This document shows, piece after piece, positions 1-10,189 of a stretch of 64,000 bases of DNA. The stretch comes from Myxococcales bacterium (GTDB lineage Bacteria; Myxococcota_A; SURF-8), in contig QZKR01000084.1 of the NCBI GenBank assembly GCA_003598065.1, forward strand, positions 1,365-65,364, read 5' to 3'. Each line of letters opens with the position of its first letter. Within the stretch, counting starts at the first letter, position 1. The notes below the pieces were generated by a model. The model saw only the letters and a program-made list of their open reading frames with translations, searched no databases and was not told the origin of the DNA. The translations under genes and the position numbers were made by a program.

Positions 1-321
1 TAGCGAAACCCCCCAGACCGGCAAACCGGAAGCGAAAGCCTCCGTACCGTCGATGGGATCGAGGACCCACAGCCATTCCGAATTCGGATCGGGCCGCTCG
101 GCGGCCGAAAATTCCTCGCTCAATAATTGGTGATCGGGGAATTTGCGGCGGATGGCTTCCTGGATCGACCCCTGCACGGCCATGTCGGCCTCCGTGACCA
201 GGGAACGGTTTTCCTTGAGCCAGCCGTTGACGTGACGGAAAGCCTTGAGGGCCATTTGCCCGGCGAGAATGACCTGTTCGCGCGCGAACGCCAGCAAGTA
301 CTCCGTGGAATCATAGCGCAT
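1..321 (-). CDS. Inositol monophosphatase family protein (N-terminal part; continues beyond window start)
   Basis: Not in the ORF track. Manual translation from ATG 321 gives MRYDSTEYLLAFAREQ...VTEADMAV...LSEE...WLWVLDPIDGTEAF..., with the IMPase WxxDPIDGT motif. GAGAGG RBS upstream; frame open to base 1. Confidence 0.9.
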   Translation of the reverse strand, partial: MRYDSTEYLLAFAREQVILAGQMALKAFRHVNGWLKENRSLVTEADMAVQGSIQEAIRRKFPDHQLLSEEFSAAERPDPNSEWLWVLDPIDGTEAFASGLPVWGVSL

Positions 322-352
322 GGATGCCTCTCACCGCTCGAAGTGCGGGGCC

Positions 353-381
353 ATGCTAATCAAAGGACCTTTGCGATTCAA
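353..381 (-). promoter_or_regulatory. Candidate sigma70 promoter of IMPase gene with palindrome in spacer
   Basis: Minus strand TTGAAT-17-TAGCAT; the spacer contains the palindrome CAAAGG-A-CCTTTG (361-373). Confidence 0.4.
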
Positions 382-689
382 GGAAAAACGTCGGCGGGGA
401 GGTAGAGGGCCGCTTCGGCCGGATCTCCTTGCGGTCAACTTCCGGTCAAACTCGGGACGTTTCATGTCCGATTTGCAGTATAGTCTCCAGACACAGCAAC
501 AATACCGAAGGCGCCGGGAATATTTAGCGACCCTTCGAGGTTTCATTTTACGGATGGAAAATTTCGTTGCGTTTACTGGGGATTTGCGAGCGGTTTCAAG
601 CCCTTCCGACCTCGACGCAGAGCGGCAAAAAATCGCCGATAGTCGGGTATTTTCGAAGCCTTAAGAACGGTGAGCATGAACTTTTTTTC

Positions 690-718
690 TTGACCAAATA
701 ACAGAGGGGTGCTAGATT
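690..718 (+). promoter_or_regulatory. Candidate sigma70 promoter of carD/cdnL
   Basis: TTGACC-17bp-TAGATT with extended -10 TG, about 30 nt before the start codon. Confidence 0.6.
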
Positions 719-749
719 TACCCGCAATTTCGAGTGGAGGTAGCCGAAG

Positions 750-1238
750 ATGCTGCAATTCAAAGTTGGCGACAAGGCTGTCTATCCCGCCTATGGCGTG
801 GGGCAGATTACCGGCATCGAGGAACGCGAGGTGGCCGGGCAGAAGCATAAGTTCTATGTGCTCAAAATTCTTGGCAACGACGTGACGATCCTCGTCCCCA
901 GCCACAACGCCCAGCGGGTCGGCATGCGCGGCGTCATTCAGCAAAAAGATGTCCGTAGCGTCATGAGCATTCTGCGCGATCGCGAGGTGCAGATCGATCA
1001 TCAGACCTGGAACCGCCGATACCGTGAATACATGGAAAAAATCAAGACGGGCAGCGTGTTCGAAATCGCCGCCGTGATCCGCGACCTTTACGTTCTCAAG
1101 GACGATAAAGAGCTGTCTTTCGGCGAGCGGCGCATGTTGGAGATGGCGCGCAGTCTGCTCGTCAAGGAACTGTCCATCGCCCGACGCAAGCACGAAACGG
1201 AAATCGAACGGGAGATCGATCGCATTTTCCATTGCTAA
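750..1238 (+). CDS. carD: CarD/CdnL family RNA polymerase-binding regulator
   Basis: FKVGDKAVYPAYGVGQI...WNRRYREYMEKIKTG...LSFGERRML; GGAGG RBS; conserved position before ispD-ispF-cysS. Confidence 0.95.
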   Translation: MLQFKVGDKAVYPAYGVGQITGIEEREVAGQKHKFYVLKILGNDVTILVPSHNAQRVGMRGVIQQKDVRSVMSILRDREVQIDHQTWNRRYREYMEKIKTGSVFEIAAVIRDLYVLKDDKELSFGERRMLEMARSLLVKELSIARRKHETEIEREIDRIFHC

Positions 1239-1261
1239 GCGTCGAATTTTCCGATATCCCC

Positions 1262-1292
1262 AAAGCCGGCCGATCGTCTCGGCCGGCTTTTT
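1262..1292 (+). terminator. Intrinsic terminator
   Basis: AAAGCCGGCCGA-tcgtc-TCGGCCGGCTTT hairpin ending in a T run just after carD. Confidence 0.7.
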
Positions 1293-1420
1293 CCATTTCG
1301 GCGCCTCGCCTCTCCGATGTGCGGGTTTTTGTTGATTCTTTCGGGCAAGCCTGTTATGGGTAGGGCGCCGGCGGGGCGGACGCCCCGCGACGGTTGCACA
1401 AGCGAAAGCGGAGCCGTATC

Positions 1421-2596
1421 ATGTTCAACGCAATCATCGTCGGCGCCGGCAGCGGCAAGCGGATGGGCGGACCGGTGCCCAAGCAGTTTCTCTCTCTGCG
1501 CGGCAAGCCGCTCGTCGAGTGGAGCATTTCCGCTTTTCAGGCCGCTCCGCAGGTGTCGGGCATCGTGGTCGTCCTCCCGGAGGATTATCACGAGCATTTC
1601 GCGGCCCGGCTGCGCACCGAAGGCAAATACGACAAATTGCTCGACGTCGTCGTCGGCGGCAAGACGCGCCAGGAGAGCGTTTACGCCGGCTTGCGCGCCT
1701 TGCCCACCGATACCGAATGGGTGGCGGTGCACGATGCGGTCCGCCCCTTCGTGACGCCGCAACTCATCCAGGCCACCTTCACCCTGGCCCAGCAGCTCGG
1801 CGCGGCGATCCCCACCGTCGCCATCCACGATACATTGATTCAGGTCGATCCGAACGGGCTTCTGGTCCGGCCGCTGCAGCGCGAAGCGGTGCGCCGCTCC
1901 CAGACGCCGCAAATTTTCCGCGCCGACCTGCTGGCCGACGCCCACGAACGGGCCATTGTGGACGGCGTGGAATTTTCCGACGACGCCACGCTCGTCTCCT
2001 ATTACCGCTACCAGGTAGGCACCTTCACCCATTACGGCGAGAATCGCAAGATCACCACGCCGCAGGATATGGAGAAGATCGCGATGCAAAAAGTCGGGCA
2101 GCTTGCCAATGTCCGCGTCGGACAGGGCTTCGACGCCCACCGCCTTGTCGAGGGGCGGCCGCTCATCCTGGGCGGCGTACGCTTCCCGTTCGAGAAAGGG
2201 CTCGAAGGCCACTCGGACGCCGACGTCGTGGCGCACGCCATCTGCGACGCGATTCTGGGCGCGGCGTCTTTGGGCGACATCGGTGAGCATTTTCCCGACA
2301 CCGATCCCGCTTACAAGAACGTGACGAGCGTCACGCTGTTGGAAGAAACGGCCCAGATGGTGCGCGAACGAGGCTTCGAGGTCGTCTTTGTCGATGCGAC
2401 GGTGATTTGCGAGCAGCCGAAGCTCGCCGGGCGGCGCTACGAGATGTGCGAAAAAATCGCCCAGGCGCTGTCGATCGACAGCGATCTCGTGTCGCTCAAA
2501 GCCACCACGACCGAAGGCATGGGCTTCATGGGCCGCCAGGAAGGCATCGCCGCCATGGCGACGGCGACGTTGCAGGCGACGGCGGAGGAAAGCTGA
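1421..2596 (+). CDS. ispDF: Bifunctional IspD/IspF (MEP pathway)
   Basis: N-terminal GAGSGKRMG..PKQFL, HDAVRP, QTPQ and KITTPQD; C-terminal VGQGFDAH, GHSDADV, GDIGEHFPD and KATTTEGMG. Confidence 0.95.
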   Translation: MFNAIIVGAGSGKRMGGPVPKQFLSLRGKPLVEWSISAFQAAPQVSGIVVVLPEDYHEHFAARLRTEGKYDKLLDVVVGGKTRQESVYAGLRALPTDTEWVAVHDAVRPFVTPQLIQATFTLAQQLGAAIPTVAIHDTLIQVDPNGLLVRPLQREAVRRSQTPQIFRADLLADAHERAIVDGVEFSDDATLVSYYRYQVGTFTHYGENRKITTPQDMEKIAMQKVGQLANVRVGQGFDAHRLVEGRPLILGGVRFPFEKGLEGHSDADVVAHAICDAILGAASLGDIGEHFPDTDPAYKNVTSVTLLEETAQMVRERGFEVVFVDATVICEQPKLAGRRYEMCEKIAQALSIDSDLVSLKATTTEGMGFMGRQEGIAAMATATLQATAEES

Positions 2597-3264
2597 TGGC
2601 GGACGAGGCCAGGGAGCCCGAGACCGGCGGGGTCCAGGACGTTTCGAAAGCCTTTTCCGACCACGACGCCGATCTGGCGGCGATCGCCGAGGAAGCTCCG
2701 CTTGCCTCGGGGCGCGCCAGGGGAGACCGGCCGCTCTGGTTTTCGCTCGGCGTCATCGCGCTCAGCGTCTATTTCATGATCTTTCTGCGCTACGACCTGC
2801 TTTACTACTTTGCCAACGCCGAGCCGGTTTCGCTGGGCGACGCCGAGGGGTTCGCCGGCACGGACGTCGCCAGCGACGCCTACGTCGCCATCTCCGGCAT
2901 CCGCAACCCCTCGAAGGGCGTCTACTTCAAAGGCTGGTTTTCCGAGGTCAACGTCTTTCAACTAATGGGGACGAAAACGGCGTTCGTGGAAACCCGGAAA
3001 AGGGACGACGAGAAAAGCGCCACGCTCGACCGCCTGACTTTCGCCGGCCGGCTCATGCGTCTGGGCGACGTGTCGTATTATTCGACATTGAGGGACTTCG
3101 CCGCTTTCAATTTCGGGATCGACATCCCCGAGGACGCCATCGTGATCCGCACGCAGCAGAAGCCGGGCCAGGCGTGGCACATCCCGTTTTTTTACGCCGT
3201 GCTGCTGGCGCTCACGGCGTTCAACGCGTGGCGCATCGTGCGCCGCCTGAGTCCTAAAAAGTAG
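2596..3264 (+). CDS. Hypothetical membrane protein (two TM segments)
   Basis: TGATG overlap with the ispDF stop; hydrophobic segments near both ends. Confidence 0.75.
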   Translation: MADEAREPETGGVQDVSKAFSDHDADLAAIAEEAPLASGRARGDRPLWFSLGVIALSVYFMIFLRYDLLYYFANAEPVSLGDAEGFAGTDVASDAYVAISGIRNPSKGVYFKGWFSEVNVFQLMGTKTAFVETRKRDDEKSATLDRLTFAGRLMRLGDVSYYSTLRDFAAFNFGIDIPEDAIVIRTQQKPGQAWHIPFFYAVLLALTAFNAWRIVRRLSPKK

Positions 3265-3288
3265 CGGATGCGACATGAAGGAGCGAGG

Positions 3289-4764
3289 ATGCCGCTGAAG
3301 ATTTACAGCACGCTGACCCGACAGAAGGAAGAGTTCAAGCCGCTGGACCCGCCGAAAGTGGGAATGTACGTCTGCGGCGTGACGGTGTACGATTACAGCC
3401 ACATCGGCCACGCCCGCTCGGCGATCGTCTTCGACGTGATCCAGCGCTACCTGCGGTTCGGCGGTTACGACGTCGTCTACGTCCGCAACTTCACCGACAT
3501 CGACGACAAGATCATCAAGCGCGCCAACGAACTCGCCGTCCCGACCGCGGAGCTGACGGCGAAATTCATCGCCGCTTTCGAGGAGGACATGGCCGCCCTC
3601 GGGCTGGAGAAGCCCAGCCAGGAGCCGTGTTGCACGGTCTACGTGCCGCAGATGGTGGAGTTCATCGCGCGGCTCGTCGAGAAAGGGATCGCCTACCCCA
3701 CGCCCTCCGGCGACGTCTATTACCGCGTCAGTCGCTTCCCGGGTTACGGCAAATTGTCGGGCAAGAACATCGACGAACTGGAGGCCGGGGCGCGCGTCGA
3801 AATCGGCGACCAGAAGGAATCGCCGATGGATTTCGCCTTGTGGAAGGCGGCCAAGCCCGGCGAGCCGAAATGGCCCTCGCCCTGGGGCGAAGGACGGCCC
3901 GGCTGGCACATCGAGTGCTCGGTGATGAGCACGTCCGCCCTGGGCGACACCTTCGACATGCACGGCGGCGGCAAGGACCTGATCTTCCCGCACCACGAGA
4001 ACGAGATCGCTCAGAGCGAGGCGAAGACGGGTCGTCCTTACGCCCGCTATTGGCTGCACAACGGTTTCGCCAACGTCCCCTCCGCCGACAACCCGGAGGG
4101 GACGAAGATGTCGAAGTCGCTCGGCAACTTCTACACGATCCGCGACGTCCTGGCCGCCTACCACCCCGAGGCGGTGAAGTTCTTCATGCTCTCCACGCAT
4201 TACCGCAACGACGTGCTGTTTACCGAAGAAGGGCTCAACCGCGCCCAGGACCGCGTGGCCTATTTTTACGAAACCTTGAAGGGCGCGGCGGCGCTCGCCG
4301 CCAGGCATCCCGAGGCGACGGGGCGGGTTCTCCAGCCGGAGCGCGTCGAGGCCGTCCTGCCCGCCTTCCGCGAGGCGATGGACGACGATTTCAACACCCA
4401 GCGCGCCTTCGGCCAGCTCTCCGACGCCTTCAAACTGATGAACGAAATTCTCGCCGACGCCGACACGCCGGAGGCCGATCGCGCGGCGACGGCGCGGCGT
4501 CTCTGCGCCGACCTCACCACGGTCGGGCGCGTGCTCGGTCTCTTCCGCTTCGAACCGGCCGAGTTCGAGCGGCAGCTGAAAGCGCTGAAAACGAAGCAGG
4601 CGGGGATTCAGCCGGAGGAGATCGAACGGTCGATCGCCGAGCGCAATGCGGCGCGGAAGGCGAAGAACTGGGCGCTTTCCGACAGAATCCGCGACGATCT
4701 GCTCGCCCGGGGCGTGGTCCTCAAGGACTCGAAGGACGGCACGACCTGGACCATGAAGTCCTGA
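3289..4764 (+). CDS. cysS: Cysteine--tRNA ligase
   Basis: [24 protein letters not shown] and KMSKS motifs. Confidence 0.97.
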   Translation: MPLKIYSTLTRQKEEFKPLDPPKVGMYVCGVTVYDYSHIGHARSAIVFDVIQRYLRFGGYDVVYVRNFTDIDDKIIKRANELAVPTAELTAKFIAAFEEDMAALGLEKPSQEPCCTVYVPQMVEFIARLVEKGIAYPTPSGDVYYRVSRFPGYGKLSGKNIDELEAGARVEIGDQKESPMDFALWKAAKPGEPKWPSPWGEGRPGWHIECSVMSTSALGDTFDMHGGGKDLIFPHHENEIAQSEAKTGRPYARYWLHNGFANVPSADNPEGTKMSKSLGNFYTIRDVLAAYHPEAVKFFMLSTHYRNDVLFTEEGLNRAQDRVAYFYETLKGAAALAARHPEATGRVLQPERVEAVLPAFREAMDDDFNTQRAFGQLSDAFKLMNEILADADTPEADRAATARRLCADLTTVGRVLGLFRFEPAEFERQLKALKTKQAGIQPEEIERSIAERNAARKAKNWALSDRIRDDLLARGVVLKDSKDGTTWTMKS

Positions 4765-4920
4765 GCCTCTTTTCGCGGGAAACTACCGAGAAACTATATT
4801 GTGGGGATAAGGCGCGGCTGCGCCTCGTTCTATGCGCTTCGAGCGGGTGGTGCATTATGCAACGATGCTTCATCATGAGGGGAGAAATTTGGGATTTCCG
4901 GGGACACAGGAATAGGATAA

Positions 4921-5534
<614 letters not shown>

Positions 5535-5563
5535 CCAACTATTGTGAGATGAAACCCGCCCGC

Positions 5564-7762
5564 CTACTCGAACCCCAGCAGTTTCCCGCCCTGGTAGACG
5601 GCGAGTGAAGCCAGGTAGGCCGCCGTCGTAAGATAAGCCAGCATGAACGCGGTCCAGCCCCAGCTTTTCGTTTCGCGGCGGACGATGGCGAGCGTGCTGA
5701 CGCATTGCATGGCGATCATGAAAAAGACCAGCAGGCTCATGCCGACAAGGGGCGTCCAGAGCGGCGAACCGTCGGGACGTTTGTCCCGGCGCATGACGTC
5801 GCGCAGCCCTTCGTCGGCTTCGGATGCCTCTTCGCCGACGCCGTAAACCACGCCCATCGTCGAAACGAAAACCTCCCGCGCGGCGAACGCGCCGACCAGA
5901 CCGATGCCGATTTTCCAATCGAATCCCAAAGGCTCGATGGCCGGCTCCAGCCAGCGCCCGATTTCTCCGGCGTAGCTCGACCGCAGGCGTTCCGCCTGCG
6001 CCTGCCGGGAGAGAGCGACGGCGCGCTCGGCGTCCCCTTTGGATTCGGCGAGGGCGGTCTGCGTTTCCAGTTCTTTCGCCGCCGGCGCGTCGCCAGGGAA
6101 ACTCAGCAGCGCCCAGAGCAGGATGGTGACCAGCAGGATGATCGTCCCGGCCGTCGTGAGAAACACCTTCGCTCGCTCGACCAGCGTCATCAGCACCGAC
6201 TTGGGATCGGGCAGTCGGTAGGAGGGCAGTTCCAACAATAAAGGCTGCGGTTGGCCCTTCAGAACAGTCCGGCCCAGTACGCCGGCGGCGATCAGGGCAA
6301 GAACGGTCCCGATGACGTAGATCCCCAGCAGCATCAGCGTTCCGACGGAGAGCGGGCCGATTTTCTCGGCGGCCGGGAAGAGCAAAGCGATGATCAGCGT
6401 ATACACGGGCAGCCGCGCCGAACAGCTCATCAACGGAATCACCATCAGCGTCAACATGCGGTCGCGGCGATGTTCGATCGTGCGCGTGGCCATGATCGCC
6501 GGGATGGCGCAGGCGTAGCCGGAAAGCATCGGCACGAAGGCCTGGCCGTGCAGCCCCACTTTGCGCATCAGCCGATCGATGAGGAAGGCGGCCCGAGCGA
6601 GGTAGCCTGTTCCTTCCAGGACGCCTAAGAAGAAAAACAACAGGAGAATCTGCGGCAGAAACACGAGCACGCCGCCGACGCCGGCGATGACGCCGTCCGT
6701 AAGGAGGTCGCGCCCGACGCTCGGCGGCAGGATCCGCCGGAAGATGTCGGCAAGGCCCGAGAAACCGCTCTCGATGAAACCGATCAGCGGCTCCGACCAC
6801 GAGAAAAGCGCCTGGAAGACCACCGCCATCACGAAAACGAAGACGAGCAACCCCCAGACGGGATGGGTGAGAATCGCGTCGATGCGGTCGGAGCGGTGTT
6901 TTTTGCGTTCGGCTTGCCGGTCGATGAAAAGCGGCGCGTGGCGATCGATGAAGGCGTAGCGGGCGACGATCACCTCCTGGTCGAGGTCGCGGCCGGCGTC
7001 GGCGATATGCCGCTGCGTGCTCCGCGTCAGTTCGCGGATCGCCGCCGGCGCCGGGATTTCGCTGTCCGCGGTGAGACTCATCAGCATCCAGAGCGCATAA
7101 GCCCGCCTCGCGCCGACGGTCTTCAGCCCGTCCCTGATTTCCCCATCCAGAATGGCCGAGAAGGCGTCCAGGTCCCGAGCCAGGGGCGGGCAAGGCTCCC
7201 AGAGCCAGCCCGGCGTGGGATGGGCGGCGGGGTTGGCGAGGCAGGTTTCGAGCGCCTGTTTGAGCGCGCCGAGTCCTTCGCGTTCTCGCGCCGTAATCGG
7301 AATGAAGGGAATCTTGAAGATGCTTTGAAGCGCCTTGAAATCGATCCGCAGTCCGCGGCGTTTGGCGAGGTCCATCATGTTGACGGCGGCGATCACCGGC
7401 AGATCGAATTCCAGACACTGCATCAAGAGAAAGAGGTTGCGTTCGAGCGCGGTGGCGTCGAGGACGAGGATCACGGCGTCGGGCCGGGAGAGGCCCTTGC
7501 GACCCAGGAGTTCGTTGATCGCCGCTTCCTCGTCCAACGAGCGCGCCCGCAGGCTGTAGGTGCCGGGAACATCGACAAACTCGACGCGGCCGAGCGATTC
7601 AAGGCGCATCGAGCCGGTGCGCCGCTCGATGGTGACGCCGGGGTAATTGCCGATTTTGGCGTTGGAACCCGTGAGCGCGTTGAACAGCGTCGTTTTGCCG
7701 GAGTTCGGATTGCCCGCCACCGCCACCGTTCGCATGGTGGGGGCGACAAATGAAGAAGCCAT
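5564..7762 (-). CDS. feoB: Ferrous iron transporter B
   Basis: GNPNSGKT, GNYPGVT, DVPGTYSL and NMMD GTPase motifs plus a multi-TM C-terminal domain. Confidence 0.96.
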   Translation of the reverse strand: MASSFVAPTMRTVAVAGNPNSGKTTLFNALTGSNAKIGNYPGVTIERRTGSMRLESLGRVEFVDVPGTYSLRARSLDEEAAINELLGRKGLSRPDAVILVLDATALERNLFLLMQCLEFDLPVIAAVNMMDLAKRRGLRIDFKALQSIFKIPFIPITAREREGLGALKQALETCLANPAAHPTPGWLWEPCPPLARDLDAFSAILDGEIRDGLKTVGARRAYALWMLMSLTADSEIPAPAAIRELTRSTQRHIADAGRDLDQEVIVARYAFIDRHAPLFIDRQAERKKHRSDRIDAILTHPVWGLLVFVFVMAVVFQALFSWSEPLIGFIESGFSGLADIFRRILPPSVGRDLLTDGVIAGVGGVLVFLPQILLLFFFLGVLEGTGYLARAAFLIDRLMRKVGLHGQAFVPMLSGYACAIPAIMATRTIEHRRDRMLTLMVIPLMSCSARLPVYTLIIALLFPAAEKIGPLSVGTLMLLGIYVIGTVLALIAAGVLGRTVLKGQPQPLLLELPSYRLPDPKSVLMTLVERAKVFLTTAGTIILLVTILLWALLSFPGDAPAAKELETQTALAESKGDAERAVALSRQAQAERLRSSYAGEIGRWLEPAIEPLGFDWKIGIGLVGAFAAREVFVSTMGVVYGVGEEASEADEGLRDVMRRDKRPDGSPLWTPLVGMSLLVFFMIAMQCVSTLAIVRRETKSWGWTAFMLAYLTTAAYLASLAVYQGGKLLGFE

Positions 7763-7786
7763 GGAAGTCCGGATCCGCCGCGCGGA

Positions 7787-8011
7787 TCAGGCGGCGCGGC
7801 AGGTGATCTGCGCGGCCTCGCGTCGGCAAAGAGAGAGGCGATAGCCGCGCACTTTAAGCTCGATCGGATCGCCCATCGGAGCGACGCGGACGATGGAGAT
7901 GTGCGTGCCGGGCGTCAAGCCGAGTTCCAGGAGGCGGCGACGCAAGCCGTTGCAACCGAGAATTTCAACCAGTTCAGCGCTTTCGCCGGGCTTGAGGGTA
8001 TCCAACGTCAT
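7787..8011 (-). CDS. feoA: Ferrous iron transport protein A
   Basis: RRRLLELGLTPG...APMGDPI; directly upstream of feoB. Confidence 0.93.
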   Translation of the reverse strand: MTLDTLKPGESAELVEILGCNGLRRRLLELGLTPGTHISIVRVAPMGDPIELKVRGYRLSLCRREAAQITCRAA

Positions 8012-8059
8012 GTCCGACTCCGAAGGCCCTTCTTACGCGACACCGTCAAGATTGCCAGA

Positions 8060-8109
8060 AAGGCAACCTTGCCTTAAGTAGACTACTCTAACTGTGTGCG
8101 ACTTGTCAA
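8060..8109 (-). promoter_or_regulatory. feoAB promoter with candidate metal-responsive operator(s)
   Basis: Minus strand TTGACA-18-TAGTCT. Palindrome AGTAG-A-CTACT overlaps the -10; a second palindrome AAGGCAA-CC-TTGCCTT lies at 8060-8075. Confidence 0.5.
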
Positions 8110-8189
8110 CTGAAAACGGACGACTCTTTCTACACGCGAGAAAATATAGCATCGGGCGACATGGGCGACGATGACGGAAGGCAGGACGG

Positions 8190-9443
8190 CTATTTTTCGG
8201 CCCAGAGTTGGATGAGGTTGAGCGTGACGCAGACCGCCTGGGCCATCACGCGCGTCGAAATCCACTCCTGCGGACCATGGTAGTTGACGCCGCCGGTGAA
8301 AATGTTGGGCGTCGGCAGCCCTTTGGCGGTGAGCCCGGAACCGTCCGTGCCGCCGCGGATCGGCTCGACGCGCGGTTCGATACCAACCAGTTTGACCGCC
8401 TCGACCAGCCGGTCCATGACTTCCGGCCTGTCCTTCAGCCAGTACGCCATGTTGCGGTAGGTTTCCGTAATCTCTACGGTTACGCCGAGACGGGGTTCCC
8501 GACGACGCAATTCTTCGGCCAATCGACGGATGGCGTCCCCGCGCGCCGTGAGCTTGCCCAGCTCGAAATCGCGAAGAATCAGCGACACTTTCGCCTCGCT
8601 GGCGTTTCCGGAGATCCGCGTCGGATGATAAAAGCCCTGCCGGCCCTCGGTTTTTTCCGGTGATTCGTCGGGCGGCAGGGACTCCACGAAGGCCGCCGCC
8701 CAGCGGATGGCGTTGACCAGTTTGCCCTTCGCCGTGCCGGGGTGAACGGCCACGCCGGCGATGGCGACCGCCGCGCTGTCGGCGGAAAAGGTCTCGCCGT
8801 TGACTTCGCCGGAAAAGCCGCCATCGAGGGTGTAGGCGCAATGCGCGCCGAAGCGTTCCACGTCGAATTTTTCCGCGCCGCGCCCGATCTCTTCATCGGG
8901 TGTAATCGCCACGCGCACGGTAGGGCGGGGCAGGTCGGGATTGGCGTGCAGGTATTCCAACGCCGCGAGGATCTCCGCCACGCCGGCCTTGTCGTCCGCG
9001 CCCAACAGCGTCGTCCCGTCGGCGGTGAGGATGGTGTCGCCCACGCATTGCGTTAGCCAGGGGGACTCCTCGGGACTGATCGTCACCCCGTTCTTGAGCG
9101 CCAGCGTTTCGCCCTGGTAGTTGGCATGGGCGACGGGCGACACGTCCTTCCCCGAGTAGTCGGGCGACGTGTCGATGTGGGCGATCAAGCCGATGACGGG
9201 CGCTCCTTTGCGGTTTCCAGGCAGGGTGGCGAAGAGGTAGCCGTTTTTGTCGATCGCTGCATCGGCGAGACCCCGCTCCGTCAATTTGCGGCGCACGGCT
9301 TCCAGACCTGTCCGCTGCCCCGGTGTCGATGGCCAGGCGGGCGATTTTTCGTCGGACTGGGTGTCGATCCGGGCGAGTTCGACGAACGCGTCCACCAGGC
9401 GGGTGGAACGAAGAATGACGTTCGGATCGTTGAGAGCGCGCAT
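8190..9443 (-). CDS. pepT: Peptidase T (M20B)
   Basis: AHIDT, GADDKAG, PDEEIGRG, HPGTAKGK and IRGGTDG; start moved to ATG 9443 (GAGGAG RBS). Confidence 0.93.
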   Translation of the reverse strand: MRALNDPNVILRSTRLVDAFVELARIDTQSDEKSPAWPSTPGQRTGLEAVRRKLTERGLADAAIDKNGYLFATLPGNRKGAPVIGLIAHIDTSPDYSGKDVSPVAHANYQGETLALKNGVTISPEESPWLTQCVGDTILTADGTTLLGADDKAGVAEILAALEYLHANPDLPRPTVRVAITPDEEIGRGAEKFDVERFGAHCAYTLDGGFSGEVNGETFSADSAAVAIAGVAVHPGTAKGKLVNAIRWAAAFVESLPPDESPEKTEGRQGFYHPTRISGNASEAKVSLILRDFELGKLTARGDAIRRLAEELRRREPRLGVTVEITETYRNMAYWLKDRPEVMDRLVEAVKLVGIEPRVEPIRGGTDGSGLTAKGLPTPNIFTGGVNYHGPQEWISTRVMAQAVCVTLNLIQLWAEK

Positions 9444-9668
9444 GTGATCTCCTCGGAACGGGACTCGAAGGAATTCGTTTTTCCTGACTCTACGGGACGC
9501 GGCGCGTTTTGGCAAAAGGAAATTGGGCCTCCCGATAGAGGGAGAATCCGCAACGCGCCGGTGAAGGTCAGGCAGCTCCGAACTTTCGGGAATATTACCG
9601 ACATCTGCAGGTCTATAGGTAAGAAGAGCACCAATTCGTCTTGCCGCGACAATTTTTAGGAGCAAACG

Positions 9669-10112
9669 ATGTCCACCAAAGAAACCTTGGAATTTCTGAC
9701 GGAGAGCGTGCAGAAGTGGCAGAAAATTGAACTTGCGTCAGTGACGATGGCCCGGAAATCGAAAGAAAAAACGGACAACCCGCTGCTTCTGATCGTGCTC
9801 GAAATTCTCGAGCGCGACAGCGAATACCACCACCGGCTGCAGCAAGTGCTTCTTGAAGCGCTGGAGAATGGGACCCTGCCGCTGAAGCCCGAGGACGTGG
9901 GGCTTCTCAGCGATCTGATCGACATGCATCACAAAGTCGAGAAGGACGTAATCGAAATCGGTCGATCCTGCCGGGGCGCGCTCGGCGACCAGGGCGGTTT
10001 CGTGCTGCCCAAATTCATCCTCGACTACCTCATCAACGATGAGGAGAAGCATGACGCGCTGCTGGACGGGCTGGCCAAAGTAAAGAGCGGGATGTATCCT
10101 TACGGCGGTTGA
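9669..10112 (+). CDS. Ferritin-like/rubrerythrin-like hypothetical protein
   Basis: Helical protein with paired E...DSEYH and E...DEEKH motifs; AGGAG RBS. Confidence 0.65.
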   Translation: MSTKETLEFLTESVQKWQKIELASVTMARKSKEKTDNPLLLIVLEILERDSEYHHRLQQVLLEALENGTLPLKPEDVGLLSDLIDMHHKVEKDVIEIGRSCRGALGDQGGFVLPKFILDYLINDEEKHDALLDGLAKVKSGMYPYGG

Positions 10113-10189
10113 TCCGCCCACAACCTTGAACGGGGGGTCCGTGCAAGGGGCTTGACGCCGGGGCGGACCCGATCGTCCGGGGGAGAGGC

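Noticed and set aside
1-321. Functional link between the IMPase and the IPCT/DIPPS pair
   Set aside because: They are about 58 kb apart and IMPase-family enzymes have many roles; nothing in the sequence links them.
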